From positions 31,407-95,406 of the forward strand of contig JAVZGN010000003.1 of the NCBI GenBank assembly GCA_038872135.1: a DNA stretch of 64,000 nucleotides, given 5' to 3'. The translations under genes were made by a program, and so were the position numbers. Below are positions 1-8,041 of this stretch, piece after piece; positions within the stretch are counted from its first letter, which is position 1, and each line of letters starts with the position of its first letter. The notes below the pieces were generated by a model. That model was not told where the DNA came from. It saw only the letters and a program-made list of their open reading frames with translations, and did no database searches. The stretch is from Candidatus Hadarchaeales archaeon. GTDB lineage: Archaea; Hadarchaeota; Hadarchaeia; Hadarchaeales; Hadarchaeaceae.

Positions 1-150
1 GAGCAGTACCTGAAATTGGCGAGGAAGTATGGTCTTCTGGTCACCGGAGGGAGCGACAGCCATGGAGAGGAAGATCCAATAGGGTGCGTGAGGGTTCCCT
101 ACTCGCATGTAGCCGAGCTCAAAAAGGCTAAACTGAGTCTCCTGGGTTGA
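1..150 (+). CDS. PHP-domain phosphoesterase, 3' end (partial)
   Basis: Manual translation of frame 1: EQYLKLARKYGLLVTGGSDSHGEED...LLG*; TGGSDxH is the C-terminal PHP motif. Confidence 0.8.
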   Translation, partial: EQYLKLARKYGLLVTGGSDSHGEEDPIGCVRVPYSHVAELKKAKLSLLG

Positions 151-155
151 TGTAA

Positions 156-845
156 ATGAAAAGGCTAAAAGTTAAGGCTGTGATTTCTGATCTCGACTGC
201 ACCCTCGTGTATACTCTCAAAAGATTTTTTGATGTTTTCAACGATGGGCTGGTAAAGCGCGGGATGAAGCCACTTCCACTGGAATTATTTTTCAAGCACT
301 TTGTGGACGATACGCTGGACAACATCATAGCCCCTCCCTCTGAGCCGGGGAGAGAGGAGAAGCTTCACGAGTTCTGGATGGAGTTCCTCTGGAAATACAG
401 GGAAGAGGACCCAGGAGCTGTGGTGATTCCCGGGGTTCTGGAAGCCCTTGAAGAAATCAATAGAGCAGGAATTCCAATTGCCGTGATGACGAGCTGTATA
501 GTCCCGGTGGGGCGGCTAAAGAGGGAGCTGGAGCGCCTCGGAATTGGGAAATATGTGAAGGCCACGGCTACCGCCCACGATGTCCTGGAGAGACTTGAGA
601 AAGGGAACCACTTCTGTAAGGTTGACATCATAAGGCTGGCGGCCGAGAGGCTAGGCATCCAGCCAAAAGATTGCGTGGTTGTGGGAGATTACTGGAATGA
701 CATCAGAGATGGAAAAAAAGCCGGGTGCAAAACAGTAGCCGTTCTTACAGGACTCATGAGGAAAAAGCTCCTTCAGAAGTATGGTCCAGATGCAGTTATT
801 GAAGGCTTTGCCGACCTTCCAGGGCTCCTGGGGTTAAGAAGATGA
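156..845 (+). CDS. HAD-superfamily hydrolase (phosphoglycolate phosphatase-like)
   Basis: DLDCTL motif I and VVVGDYWNDI motif IV. Confidence 0.85.
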   Translation: MKRLKVKAVISDLDCTLVYTLKRFFDVFNDGLVKRGMKPLPLELFFKHFVDDTLDNIIAPPSEPGREEKLHEFWMEFLWKYREEDPGAVVIPGVLEALEEINRAGIPIAVMTSCIVPVGRLKRELERLGIGKYVKATATAHDVLERLEKGNHFCKVDIIRLAAERLGIQPKDCVVVGDYWNDIRDGKKAGCKTVAVLTGLMRKKLLQKYGPDAVIEGFADLPGLLGLRR

Positions 846-1183
846 GAACGATCAACGGGACAACATTTGGTAGCATAACTGTGGACGGCAGAACATATAA
901 CCACGATGTGTGGCTTTTTGTCACCGGAGAGTTGAGGAAACGCGACAGAAATCATGAATTCACCATCGATGAATTTGTGATGCTTCTCGAAGGCGGGCCT
1001 GAGGTAGTCGTTGTCGGAACAGGGCAGGCCGGATGCGTTAGGGTGGAGGACGAAGTAAGGGAGGAGGCCAAGAGAAGAAAAGTAGAACTCTTATGCTTAG
1101 AAACGCCAGAGGCCCTTAAAGTTTACAACAGGGTAGCGGTAGCGAAGAGAAAGGTTGCGGGAGCATTCCACGTGACCTGCTGA
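842..1183 (+). CDS. Mth938/DUF498-like protein
   Basis: FGSITVDGRTY, VVVGTG and C-terminal HVTC; ATGA overlap with upstream gene. Confidence 0.85.
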   Translation: MRTINGTTFGSITVDGRTYNHDVWLFVTGELRKRDRNHEFTIDEFVMLLEGGPEVVVVGTGQAGCVRVEDEVREEAKRRKVELLCLETPEALKVYNRVAVAKRKVAGAFHVTC

Positions 1184-1191
1184 GGTGAAGG

Positions 1192-1758
1192 ATGGTAAGA
1201 GCATTTGTGGCGGTAAAAATCAGCGATGAGGTAAGGCGGAAGCTGGTGGAGGTCCAGGGGGCGCTGGCAAAGGCGGGGGCGGAGCAGAAGCTGGTAGAAC
1301 CGGAAAATCTACATCTCACGCTGAAATTTCTCGGGGAGGTGCAGCAGGAAAAAATTAGGAGGATTGCAGAGAAGGTGAGCGAGGCTGTGGCTGGGACGGA
1401 ACCCTTTGACATTCACGTGGCTGGGATAGGAGCTTTTCCCAGCATCGGCTATGCGAGGGTCGTCTGGGCCGGGATGGCTGAGGGAAGCGAAAAGGTGGCG
1501 GAGGTACAGAAGAAGATAGATTCCGCTCTCACCTCCGTTGGGTTTTCGCCAGAAAGGGATTTTCACCCCCACATCACCCTCTCCCGCGTAAAGTTCGTGA
1601 GAGAAAAGGCGAAGTTTGTCGAATTTTTGAAGGAAATGGCAAAAGCTGATTTTGGGGTTACCAGAGTCGACTCGGTGAGTTTGGAGCAGAGCACATTGAC
1701 TTCAAAGGGACCCATTTATTCAACCCTTGCCAAAGTTGAGTTACAGAGCTTGCGATGA
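1192..1758 (+). CDS. thpR: RNA 2',3'-cyclic phosphodiesterase (2H family, LigT-like)
   Basis: Two HxT motifs (HLTLKFLG, HITLSR); N-terminal RAFVAV. Confidence 0.9.
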   Translation: MVRAFVAVKISDEVRRKLVEVQGALAKAGAEQKLVEPENLHLTLKFLGEVQQEKIRRIAEKVSEAVAGTEPFDIHVAGIGAFPSIGYARVVWAGMAEGSEKVAEVQKKIDSALTSVGFSPERDFHPHITLSRVKFVREKAKFVEFLKEMAKADFGVTRVDSVSLEQSTLTSKGPIYSTLAKVELQSLR

Positions 1759-1799
1759 TCTTATCGAAGAAATTTTGACATGTTCAAATTTTGAGAAAA

Positions 1800-1958
1800 T
1801 GGCGCCGGGGGGAGGACTCGAACCTCCGACCGCTCGGTTGCTGCATCCGGAATGGTCAGCCTTCAGAGATGGAGGCTCGCTCTTCATCCGCTCCCGGTTT
1901 TAACAGCCGAGCACTCTACCTACTGAGCTGTCGGGCCACCCAAAGGTGGAACCCCGGC
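1800..1958 (-). tRNA. tRNA-Asn(GTT) with two introns (8/9: 1930-1950; 37/38: 1839-1900), encoded CCA
   Basis: Removing both introns gives GCCGGGGTAGCTCAGTAGGTAGAGTGCTCGGCTGTTAACCGAGCGGTCGGAGGTTCGAGTCCTCCCCCCGGCGCCA, a complete cloverleaf; both junctions form BHB motifs. Confidence 0.93.
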
Positions 1959-1991
1959 ATCCCGGCACCAATTGTTTCTCAATCAAACTTC

Positions 1992-1997
1992 TATAAA
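1992..1997 (-). promoter_or_regulatory. Putative TATA box of tRNA-Asn
   Basis: TTTATA on the minus strand about 22-25 nt upstream of the leader at about 1970. Confidence 0.55.
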
Positions 1998-1998
1998 C

Positions 1999-2760
1999 CT
2001 ATTTCCGAGCCAGCCGCTTTAGCCCTCTAGCCATCAAGGAGAAGGAGCTCCTGAGGTTTTCCCTGTTGGAAAAATTTTTCACGATTCTTTTCAGGACCCC
2101 TTTTGGAAGTTTTCTGAGTTTCTCAGCCTCCTTGACCATCAGAGGCATCGCCCTCACAATGTTATCAACAATGGTTATGTCGGCCGCCCTGGACGTCCTT
2201 GACATCGGGTTTAGATCAACTGCGATCACACTCTTTCCAAGCCTCTTCAGCGCCTCCGTCCTGTCCCCATCCTCTAGAGGCACAAGAACAACATCGGCCG
2301 CAAGAATCCCTCTCCTGTCGACTTTCCTCCTGTGGCTCTGGATTTCGGGGATTCTGGCGGAAAACTTATGGTCAGCCCCAAGCACATCTCCCGCTCCATG
2401 CCTTTTCAACCAGCCAACGATTTTCTTCTCCCTCTCAGCAGAGCCATGGAAGAGGTTGACCTCAAGGGGTGCCCCAGTGATTTTTGAAAGTTTAACGAGT
2501 TCTCTTGGGACGAGAGCCGCAGCATTACCGTTAACGGAGATCACCGGCCGTCTGGCGAGAAGGAGCTGTGCAACCGCTGCTTTCACCGCTTTCCTGGCAA
2601 GGGGAGTTGTTTTTTCCCCCAAAAGATAGTCGAATGCTTCACCTCTCCCGTGGGCGGCGAGCCCTTCTGGCACAACCAGCCCCCTCCTGAACCCCTCTGC
2701 AAGCCTTTCCCTTATCCTCAGAGATTCTGCCCTTGGATGGTCGGGAGAAACCCAGCTCAT
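1999..2760 (-). CDS. 4-phosphopantoate--beta-alanine ligase (archaeal phosphopantothenate synthetase)
   Basis: HPRAESL, AHGRGEAFDYLLGE, VPLEDGDR, DLNPMSRT. Confidence 0.93.
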   Translation of the reverse strand: MSWVSPDHPRAESLRIRERLAEGFRRGLVVPEGLAAHGRGEAFDYLLGEKTTPLARKAVKAAVAQLLLARRPVISVNGNAAALVPRELVKLSKITGAPLEVNLFHGSAEREKKIVGWLKRHGAGDVLGADHKFSARIPEIQSHRRKVDRRGILAADVVLVPLEDGDRTEALKRLGKSVIAVDLNPMSRTSRAADITIVDNIVRAMPLMVKEAEKLRKLPKGVLKRIVKNFSNRENLRSSFSLMARGLKRLARK

Positions 2761-2818
2761 CGAAGAACCCATTGGCAGCCACCCAAAAAGCTTTTTGAAT
2801 ACTCCGAGTGACTAAGAG

Positions 2819-3484
2819 ATGGATGGGATGAAGGAATTGGTGCTCCCGGGGATTGCGCTGGTGATAGCAATTGTGGCGGTTGGGCTGGCGATTGCGATGG
2901 GTCCTTTGGGTATCGCTCTGGCCTTGGCGACATTGGGGGTTGCAACTGCTGTAGTCTACCAGTACACCTCAGTCCCCCCTCCAAGGAAGGAAGAGATAAT
3001 CCTCGAGGATTTCTCATGGTGGGCCGACATCGGAGAGCCAGGAGCATCTCTGAGAGCCCTAGACCCGCCAGACCCATACATAGCATCCCAGATAGTTTCC
3101 TCAGATATGGGGATTCTGGCGAAAAACTCAGATCTTCTCTCGAAGAGGCTCTCGCTTCTTGAGGACAGAATTGAGTTTCAGGGCCTTTATGCGGGAGTCC
3201 TCTCCAAAGATGTAGAAAATGTGACAAACGCTCTCTCTGGGATGATTGCAACCCTCGCAAAGACAAGAGCCATTCCAGCAGACATGACAAAAAAGATGGA
3301 TGAACAGGCCGCCATCCTCGACAGGATCGCCAACAAGCTTTTTGAGTTTGAGAAGGGGAAGTCTGAGGTTGTGAAGATTTACATCGATCCCCTGAGGAGG
3401 GCCGCGGAAAAACTTTCTAGCGACCTGAGGAGCGGCGCCGCGAATATCCTGAAGTTTGAAAAGCGATCGGCTCCACCGGGGTAA
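2819..3484 (+). CDS. Hypothetical membrane protein (N-terminal TM hairpin plus helical soluble domain)
   Basis: 221-aa ORF with about 45 hydrophobic N-terminal residues; ends 2 nt before the EF-1alpha-like gene. Confidence 0.7.
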   Translation: MDGMKELVLPGIALVIAIVAVGLAIAMGPLGIALALATLGVATAVVYQYTSVPPPRKEEIILEDFSWWADIGEPGASLRALDPPDPYIASQIVSSDMGILAKNSDLLSKRLSLLEDRIEFQGLYAGVLSKDVENVTNALSGMIATLAKTRAIPADMTKKMDEQAAILDRIANKLFEFEKGKSEVVKIYIDPLRRAAEKLSSDLRSGAANILKFEKRSAPPG

Positions 3485-3486
3485 AC

Positions 3487-4749
3487 ATGGAAAAACCCCA
3501 CATCAACCTAGTTTTCATCGGGCATGTGGATCACGGGAAGTCGACGCTCGTTGGCAGGCTACTTGTTGACATGGGAGTTGTGAAAGAGGAGGATGTGAAA
3601 AAGTTCGAGGCGATGGGTGACAAGGGGAAGTCCTTCAAGTTTGCGTGGGTGATGGACAGGGAGAAGGAGGAGAGGGAAAGAGGATTGACAATAGACATCG
3701 CCTACCAGAAGCTTGAAACCTCGAAAAATTTCATCACAATCATAGATGCTCCAGGCCACAGGGATTTCGTCAAGAACATGATCACCGGGGCAAGCCAAGC
3801 CGATGCCGCAGTCTTGGTTGTTGCGGCCGACGACGGGATAATGCCGCAGACTAGGGAGCATGCGGCCCTCGCTTTCACCCTCGGGGTAAACCAGTTGATC
3901 GTGGCGATAAACAAGATGGACCTGGTTGGTTTTGCGCAGAATGTGTATGAAAAGATAAGGGGAGAGACCCTCACGCTTCTCTCCAGCATAGGGTATAAAA
4001 ATGCTGAGGAGTTTCCGATCGTTCCTATTTCGGCCTTTCATGGGGATGGTGTTACCACACCAAGCAGAAATCTCACCTGGTATAAAGGGCCAACTCTTCT
4101 TCAGGCACTTGAAACTCTCGTTGAGCCCGAGAAGCCAATTGATAAACCCCTAAGAATCCCCATCCAAGATGTCTATTCGATAACCGGAGTTGGAACGGTG
4201 CCCATCGGGAGAGTTGAGACTGGGGTTTTGAAGGTTGGAGATACAGTAGTTTTTGAGCCGGCCGGCGTGCGGGGGGATGTGAGGTCCATAGAAATGCACC
4301 ACCAGCCGATTCAAAAGGCCGTGCCCGGGGACAACATAGGGTTCAATGTGAGGGGTGTTTCAAGAGAGCAGATTTCTAGAGGGGATGTTGCAGGACATCC
4401 TGAGAATCCCCCCAGGGTCGCAAGAGAATTTACTGCTAAGGTTGTAATCCTCTCCGCCCCGACGGAGATTTCCCCGGGATTTACACCCCAGTTTCACTGT
4501 CATGCCGCCAACCGCCCTGGAACAATAACACAAATCCTTCAGAAAATCGACCCTAGAACCGGAGCAGTTGTGGAGGAAAATCCAAAAAGCCTTAGAAAGG
4601 GAGATGCTGGAGTTATCAAGGTGATGCTGGCAAAGCCCATGGTGATAGAGAAGGCCAGTGAGCTCTCAGAGCTAAGCAGATTTGCGGTGAGGCATGGTGG
4701 GCAGACGATAGCCGCCGGCCTTTGCGTCGATCTTGTACCGGCAAAGTGA
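3487..4749 (+). CDS. tuf: Elongation factor 1-alpha family GTPase (possible paralog)
   Basis: GHVDHGKS, ERERGLTI, DAPGH, NKMD, SAFHG, LRIPIQDVY, PGDNIGFNV. Confidence 0.9.
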   Translation: MEKPHINLVFIGHVDHGKSTLVGRLLVDMGVVKEEDVKKFEAMGDKGKSFKFAWVMDREKEERERGLTIDIAYQKLETSKNFITIIDAPGHRDFVKNMITGASQADAAVLVVAADDGIMPQTREHAALAFTLGVNQLIVAINKMDLVGFAQNVYEKIRGETLTLLSSIGYKNAEEFPIVPISAFHGDGVTTPSRNLTWYKGPTLLQALETLVEPEKPIDKPLRIPIQDVYSITGVGTVPIGRVETGVLKVGDTVVFEPAGVRGDVRSIEMHHQPIQKAVPGDNIGFNVRGVSREQISRGDVAGHPENPPRVAREFTAKVVILSAPTEISPGFTPQFHCHAANRPGTITQILQKIDPRTGAVVEENPKSLRKGDAGVIKVMLAKPMVIEKASELSELSRFAVRHGGQTIAAGLCVDLVPAK

Positions 4750-4861
4750 AAATTCAAAGCGAACATCTCATGAAAGGACAAATTTCACGGTTTCAGAAAC
4801 CCAACAGCATCTCCTAAATATTTATACACTTCAACCCCTCACTTTCTGTGGAGGTAATTAA

Positions 4862-5686
4862 ATGGTAGACAAACTTCTGGAGCTGTTTGACACAAAGAAA
4901 GTGAAAATCTATGACCTTTCGCAGCCGCTCGGAATCCACACCCCATTCTGGCCCTACTACCCGCCATTTGAGATGAAGTACTTCAAGAGGAAACCAGAGC
5001 ATGGGGTGAACGCCCAGTACATCCAGACATCCCTCCACATAGGCACCCACTTGGACGGCCCGAGACACTTCTTGACGAGAGGGAAGACCATCGACCAGGT
5101 ACCGATCGAGTGGGCGTGCGGTCCAGGGGTAATCGTAGACCTCACAGACGAGATGGATGACCTCGCCATCTACACCCCAGAGATGATTGAAAAGCGCGTG
5201 GATGTTAAGGATGGAGATATCCTCATTCTCCACACTGGCTGGCACAAGTATGGCTACGGTGGTTCGGAACCTGACGAGGAGCGCTACATTCACTACCACC
5301 CGGGAGCTGACAGAAGGATGGTTGATTGGCTGATAAAGAAGAAGATCAAAATCTGGGGAGTAGATGCAGTTTCCACCGACCACCCAATGAACCTTCCAAT
5401 TGGCCGCTTTTTGGGCAAGGGGACCTTCGGCCACTGTGAGAGGGTGAGAGCACTTGCTGAGAAAAAGTTTGGCAAGGAAAATGTGGACAAGCTGTTCCCG
5501 CCAGAGGACTACCAGCTCACCCACAATGCACTCTTCCCGAAGGACTGCATCCACCTCGAGAACCTTGGAGGGCAGATCTCAGCCCCAGAACTCCAGAACC
5601 GCAGATGCGTGATCAGCTGCCTGCCGGTGAAGTTTGAGGGTGGGGAGTCTGCCTGGGCGAGAGTAGTTGCAATGATCTCAAAGTGA
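4862..5686 (+). CDS. Cyclase family metal hydrolase (kynurenine formamidase-like)
   Basis: HIGTHLDGPRHF motif; GVDAVSTD; HLENL. Confidence 0.88.
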   Translation: MVDKLLELFDTKKVKIYDLSQPLGIHTPFWPYYPPFEMKYFKRKPEHGVNAQYIQTSLHIGTHLDGPRHFLTRGKTIDQVPIEWACGPGVIVDLTDEMDDLAIYTPEMIEKRVDVKDGDILILHTGWHKYGYGGSEPDEERYIHYHPGADRRMVDWLIKKKIKIWGVDAVSTDHPMNLPIGRFLGKGTFGHCERVRALAEKKFGKENVDKLFPPEDYQLTHNALFPKDCIHLENLGGQISAPELQNRRCVISCLPVKFEGGESAWARVVAMISK

Positions 5687-5702
5687 TTGCTCAAAGCAAA
5701 AT

Positions 5703-7487
5703 TTATTTTTCTTTTTTTGCTTCTTCAACCCAGGCAAACTTCTTTTGCAGGGTTTTGGGGTAAATCTTTTTCCAGTCGTAACCGATTTCTCCGGCCCAGA
5801 TGGCGTAAACTCTCGGGTCTATGTAGCTCTTCAGGGATGTCCCTAGGTTATAATCTCTGGTTTCCCTGGCTAGTTTTAATTTCAATTTTGCGCTTTCTAT
5901 CTTTTTCTCCATCGATTCAATTCTTCTTTTCATCTGCTCTTTCAGCTTGGTTTTTCTTTCGGAAAACTCCTTCCTGGAATTATCTATTCGCTTTTTTTCC
6001 TCTTTCATTCTCTTGAGCAGCTTCGAAACCATCTTTCTGTTCTTCCGCCTTCTTGCCTCCTCCAGCTTCTTCTCAATGATATTCAATTTCTCCCGTCTCT
6101 GGGCGATTTTTGTGTCAAACTTTTTCTCAAGCTCCTTCTCAGCCACGACAAACTTCTCCTTCAGAGCCTCCAGCTTCTCTCTCATCCCCCTCAATTTCTC
6201 CTCCTTCTTTTCCATCGACTCCCTCCAGTTCTTTGGCAGCTTTCTCTTGTGGTGGCATTCAATTGCGGCCTGAAGGTTGGCCATCGTCGCCACATACTTC
6301 TTCATCTCCTCTGGGCTACTTTTCTCAATCCCGCTGCGGGAAAGAAAGTCAGAGACGACTTTTGTCGCATGGTAAGTTCGGAAGACCTTGGCGGTCAATC
6401 CCGGCATGGCCTCATTCAAAAATTCATTCACAAGTTCAGATCTCACCCCGTCAAAAATTTGCTCCCGCGGCCCCTTCATAAAACTTCTAATGTTCTCGAT
6501 CACTTGAGCCGGGAGTTCCACCTCTTTCACCCATCTCACAGAATCCTTCCCAAGAAAGTCGAATGTTACTCTTCCATCACCGCCAATCTTCACATGAGAA
6601 CCTCTCAGGGTAGTCGCTCCAACTGTGTCCGCCTCATCCTTGTCCTTCTCATCCCCCACCCTGAACTTTAATGTGTCAATGAGATACGCTACTGTGGCTA
6701 TTTTTCTTCTCAGGGGGTCCTCAGCCGTCAGCCCCTTCCAGATGTGCTCCCTGACTTTAGGCAGATACTCCTCAAGCTTTCTTGCAGTGTCAAACTTCTC
6801 TCTTTCCCTTATCTGTCTGAGGGCTGCACTTTCAGCTATCCATACATATTTCATCTTCCCTGTCAGCTTGTCCCTCCATTTTGCGACCCAGAGAGCGTTT
6901 GGATCAAATTCTACTCCTCCCCAGGGTTCTCCCGTCGGCGTCGGAGGGGGATCGCATGAAAGATTCAAAATGATATCGGAATATTTGACCCTTGGCTTCC
7001 ATCTTCCCCTGAGAGGATGTTTTCCCCGTCCCATGAAGATGCAGGGCGGCTCAACCATATAATTTCCTATTTCGACTTTTTCCCCGTTAATTATCGCATA
7101 CCCATACTTCTCCTTTTTCTCTTCCCTCGCCCTCTTCCTCTCCTCGGCCAGCCTCTTTTTCTCTTCCTTTGTCATTTTTTCCTTGGCGATTTTTTGCTCA
7201 TCAACCCATCTGATGATTTCTGAAAAATCGAAGTCCTCGGGAGACACCTCCTCCTGAATCCCAAGAGCTTTGGAAAAATCGCTGAAAAAATTCCTGACGA
7301 AAACAGGATCTTTAACATAGTCGGTTCCAAGCTTCTTCACCCATGCCACGGCCATCTCCTCCTGCTCGGGGGTAAGGGCTATCCGTTTACCGCGGTACCT
7401 TATTTTGAAGCCGATTGGCTCATACTCCGGGATGAGAACACCATTGTGCTTTATCTCCCAAATTCTCGCAGGCCACAGCTTCTTCAT
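5703..7487 (-). CDS. DNA topoisomerase IB (eukaryote-like, long form)
   Basis: EPPCIFMGRGKHPLRG, LKFRVGDEK, FDFLGKDS, AKVFRTYHA, CHHKR, coiled-coil linker, catalytic GTSLKSYIDPR. Confidence 0.95.
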   Translation of the reverse strand: MKKLWPARIWEIKHNGVLIPEYEPIGFKIRYRGKRIALTPEQEEMAVAWVKKLGTDYVKDPVFVRNFFSDFSKALGIQEEVSPEDFDFSEIIRWVDEQKIAKEKMTKEEKKRLAEERKRAREEKKEKYGYAIINGEKVEIGNYMVEPPCIFMGRGKHPLRGRWKPRVKYSDIILNLSCDPPPTPTGEPWGGVEFDPNALWVAKWRDKLTGKMKYVWIAESAALRQIREREKFDTARKLEEYLPKVREHIWKGLTAEDPLRRKIATVAYLIDTLKFRVGDEKDKDEADTVGATTLRGSHVKIGGDGRVTFDFLGKDSVRWVKEVELPAQVIENIRSFMKGPREQIFDGVRSELVNEFLNEAMPGLTAKVFRTYHATKVVSDFLSRSGIEKSSPEEMKKYVATMANLQAAIECHHKRKLPKNWRESMEKKEEKLRGMREKLEALKEKFVVAEKELEKKFDTKIAQRREKLNIIEKKLEEARRRKNRKMVSKLLKRMKEEKKRIDNSRKEFSERKTKLKEQMKRRIESMEKKIESAKLKLKLARETRDYNLGTSLKSYIDPRVYAIWAGEIGYDWKKIYPKTLQKKFAWVEEAKKEK

Positions 7488-7564
7488 ACTCCCATTCAGA
7501 AAAGACCTCGGCTTCTTATACTCTTTTGCCGGCGTGCGTGTCTATAGATCCTCTCAAACTGTGC

Positions 7565-8041
7565 TCATTTTCTAATTTCCCTTGCTGCATCCAAAATTGC
7601 ATCGATTATCTGCCTGTAGCCTGTGCACCTGCAGAGAATTCCTCCTATCGCTTCCTTCACCTCTTCTTCAGTCGGGGCGGGATTTTCTCTCAAGAAAGCT
7701 TCGGCCGCAAGTATAAAGGCAGGCGCGCAGAACCCACACTGGACCGCCCCATGCTCGATGAACTTCCTCTGAACGGGAGTAAGCTGACCATCCTTTGCAA
7801 GGCCTTCTACCGTTGTCACCTCTTTTCCATCGGCTTCTACCGCCAGCACTAGGCAGGACTTCACCGGGACTCCATCAACCAAAACTGTGCAAAGACCGCA
7901 GTCCCCCCTCTCGCACGCGCATTTCGGCCCAGTTATCCCAAGGTCCTCCCTCAGAAATCGCAGAAGGGTGCGGTTGGCCTCTACCTCGGCCACAAATGGC
8001 TCGCCGTTGACTTTCAGAGAAATCCTGTGCCTAGACATCAC
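7565..8041 (-). CDS. Mo-hydroxylase [2Fe-2S] small subunit (CoxS/XdhC-like)
   Basis: CERGDCGLC, QCGFC, CRCTGY. Confidence 0.93.
   Translation of the reverse strand: MMSRHRISLKVNGEPFVAEVEANRTLLRFLREDLGITGPKCACERGDCGLCTVLVDGVPVKSCLVLAVEADGKEVTTVEGLAKDGQLTPVQRKFIEHGAVQCGFCAPAFILAAEAFLRENPAPTEEEVKEAIGGILCRCTGYRQIIDAILDAAREIRK

Noticed and set aside
1930-1967. Alternative tRNA-Asn readings: starting at the upstream GCCGGGA copy, or a C8 requiring editing
   Set aside because: The upstream copy gives an A7-C66 mismatch, and BHB geometry places the cuts so that genomic T8 is retained
1791-2030. 79-aa ORF on the + strand
   Set aside because: It is the antisense of the intron-containing tRNA-Asn
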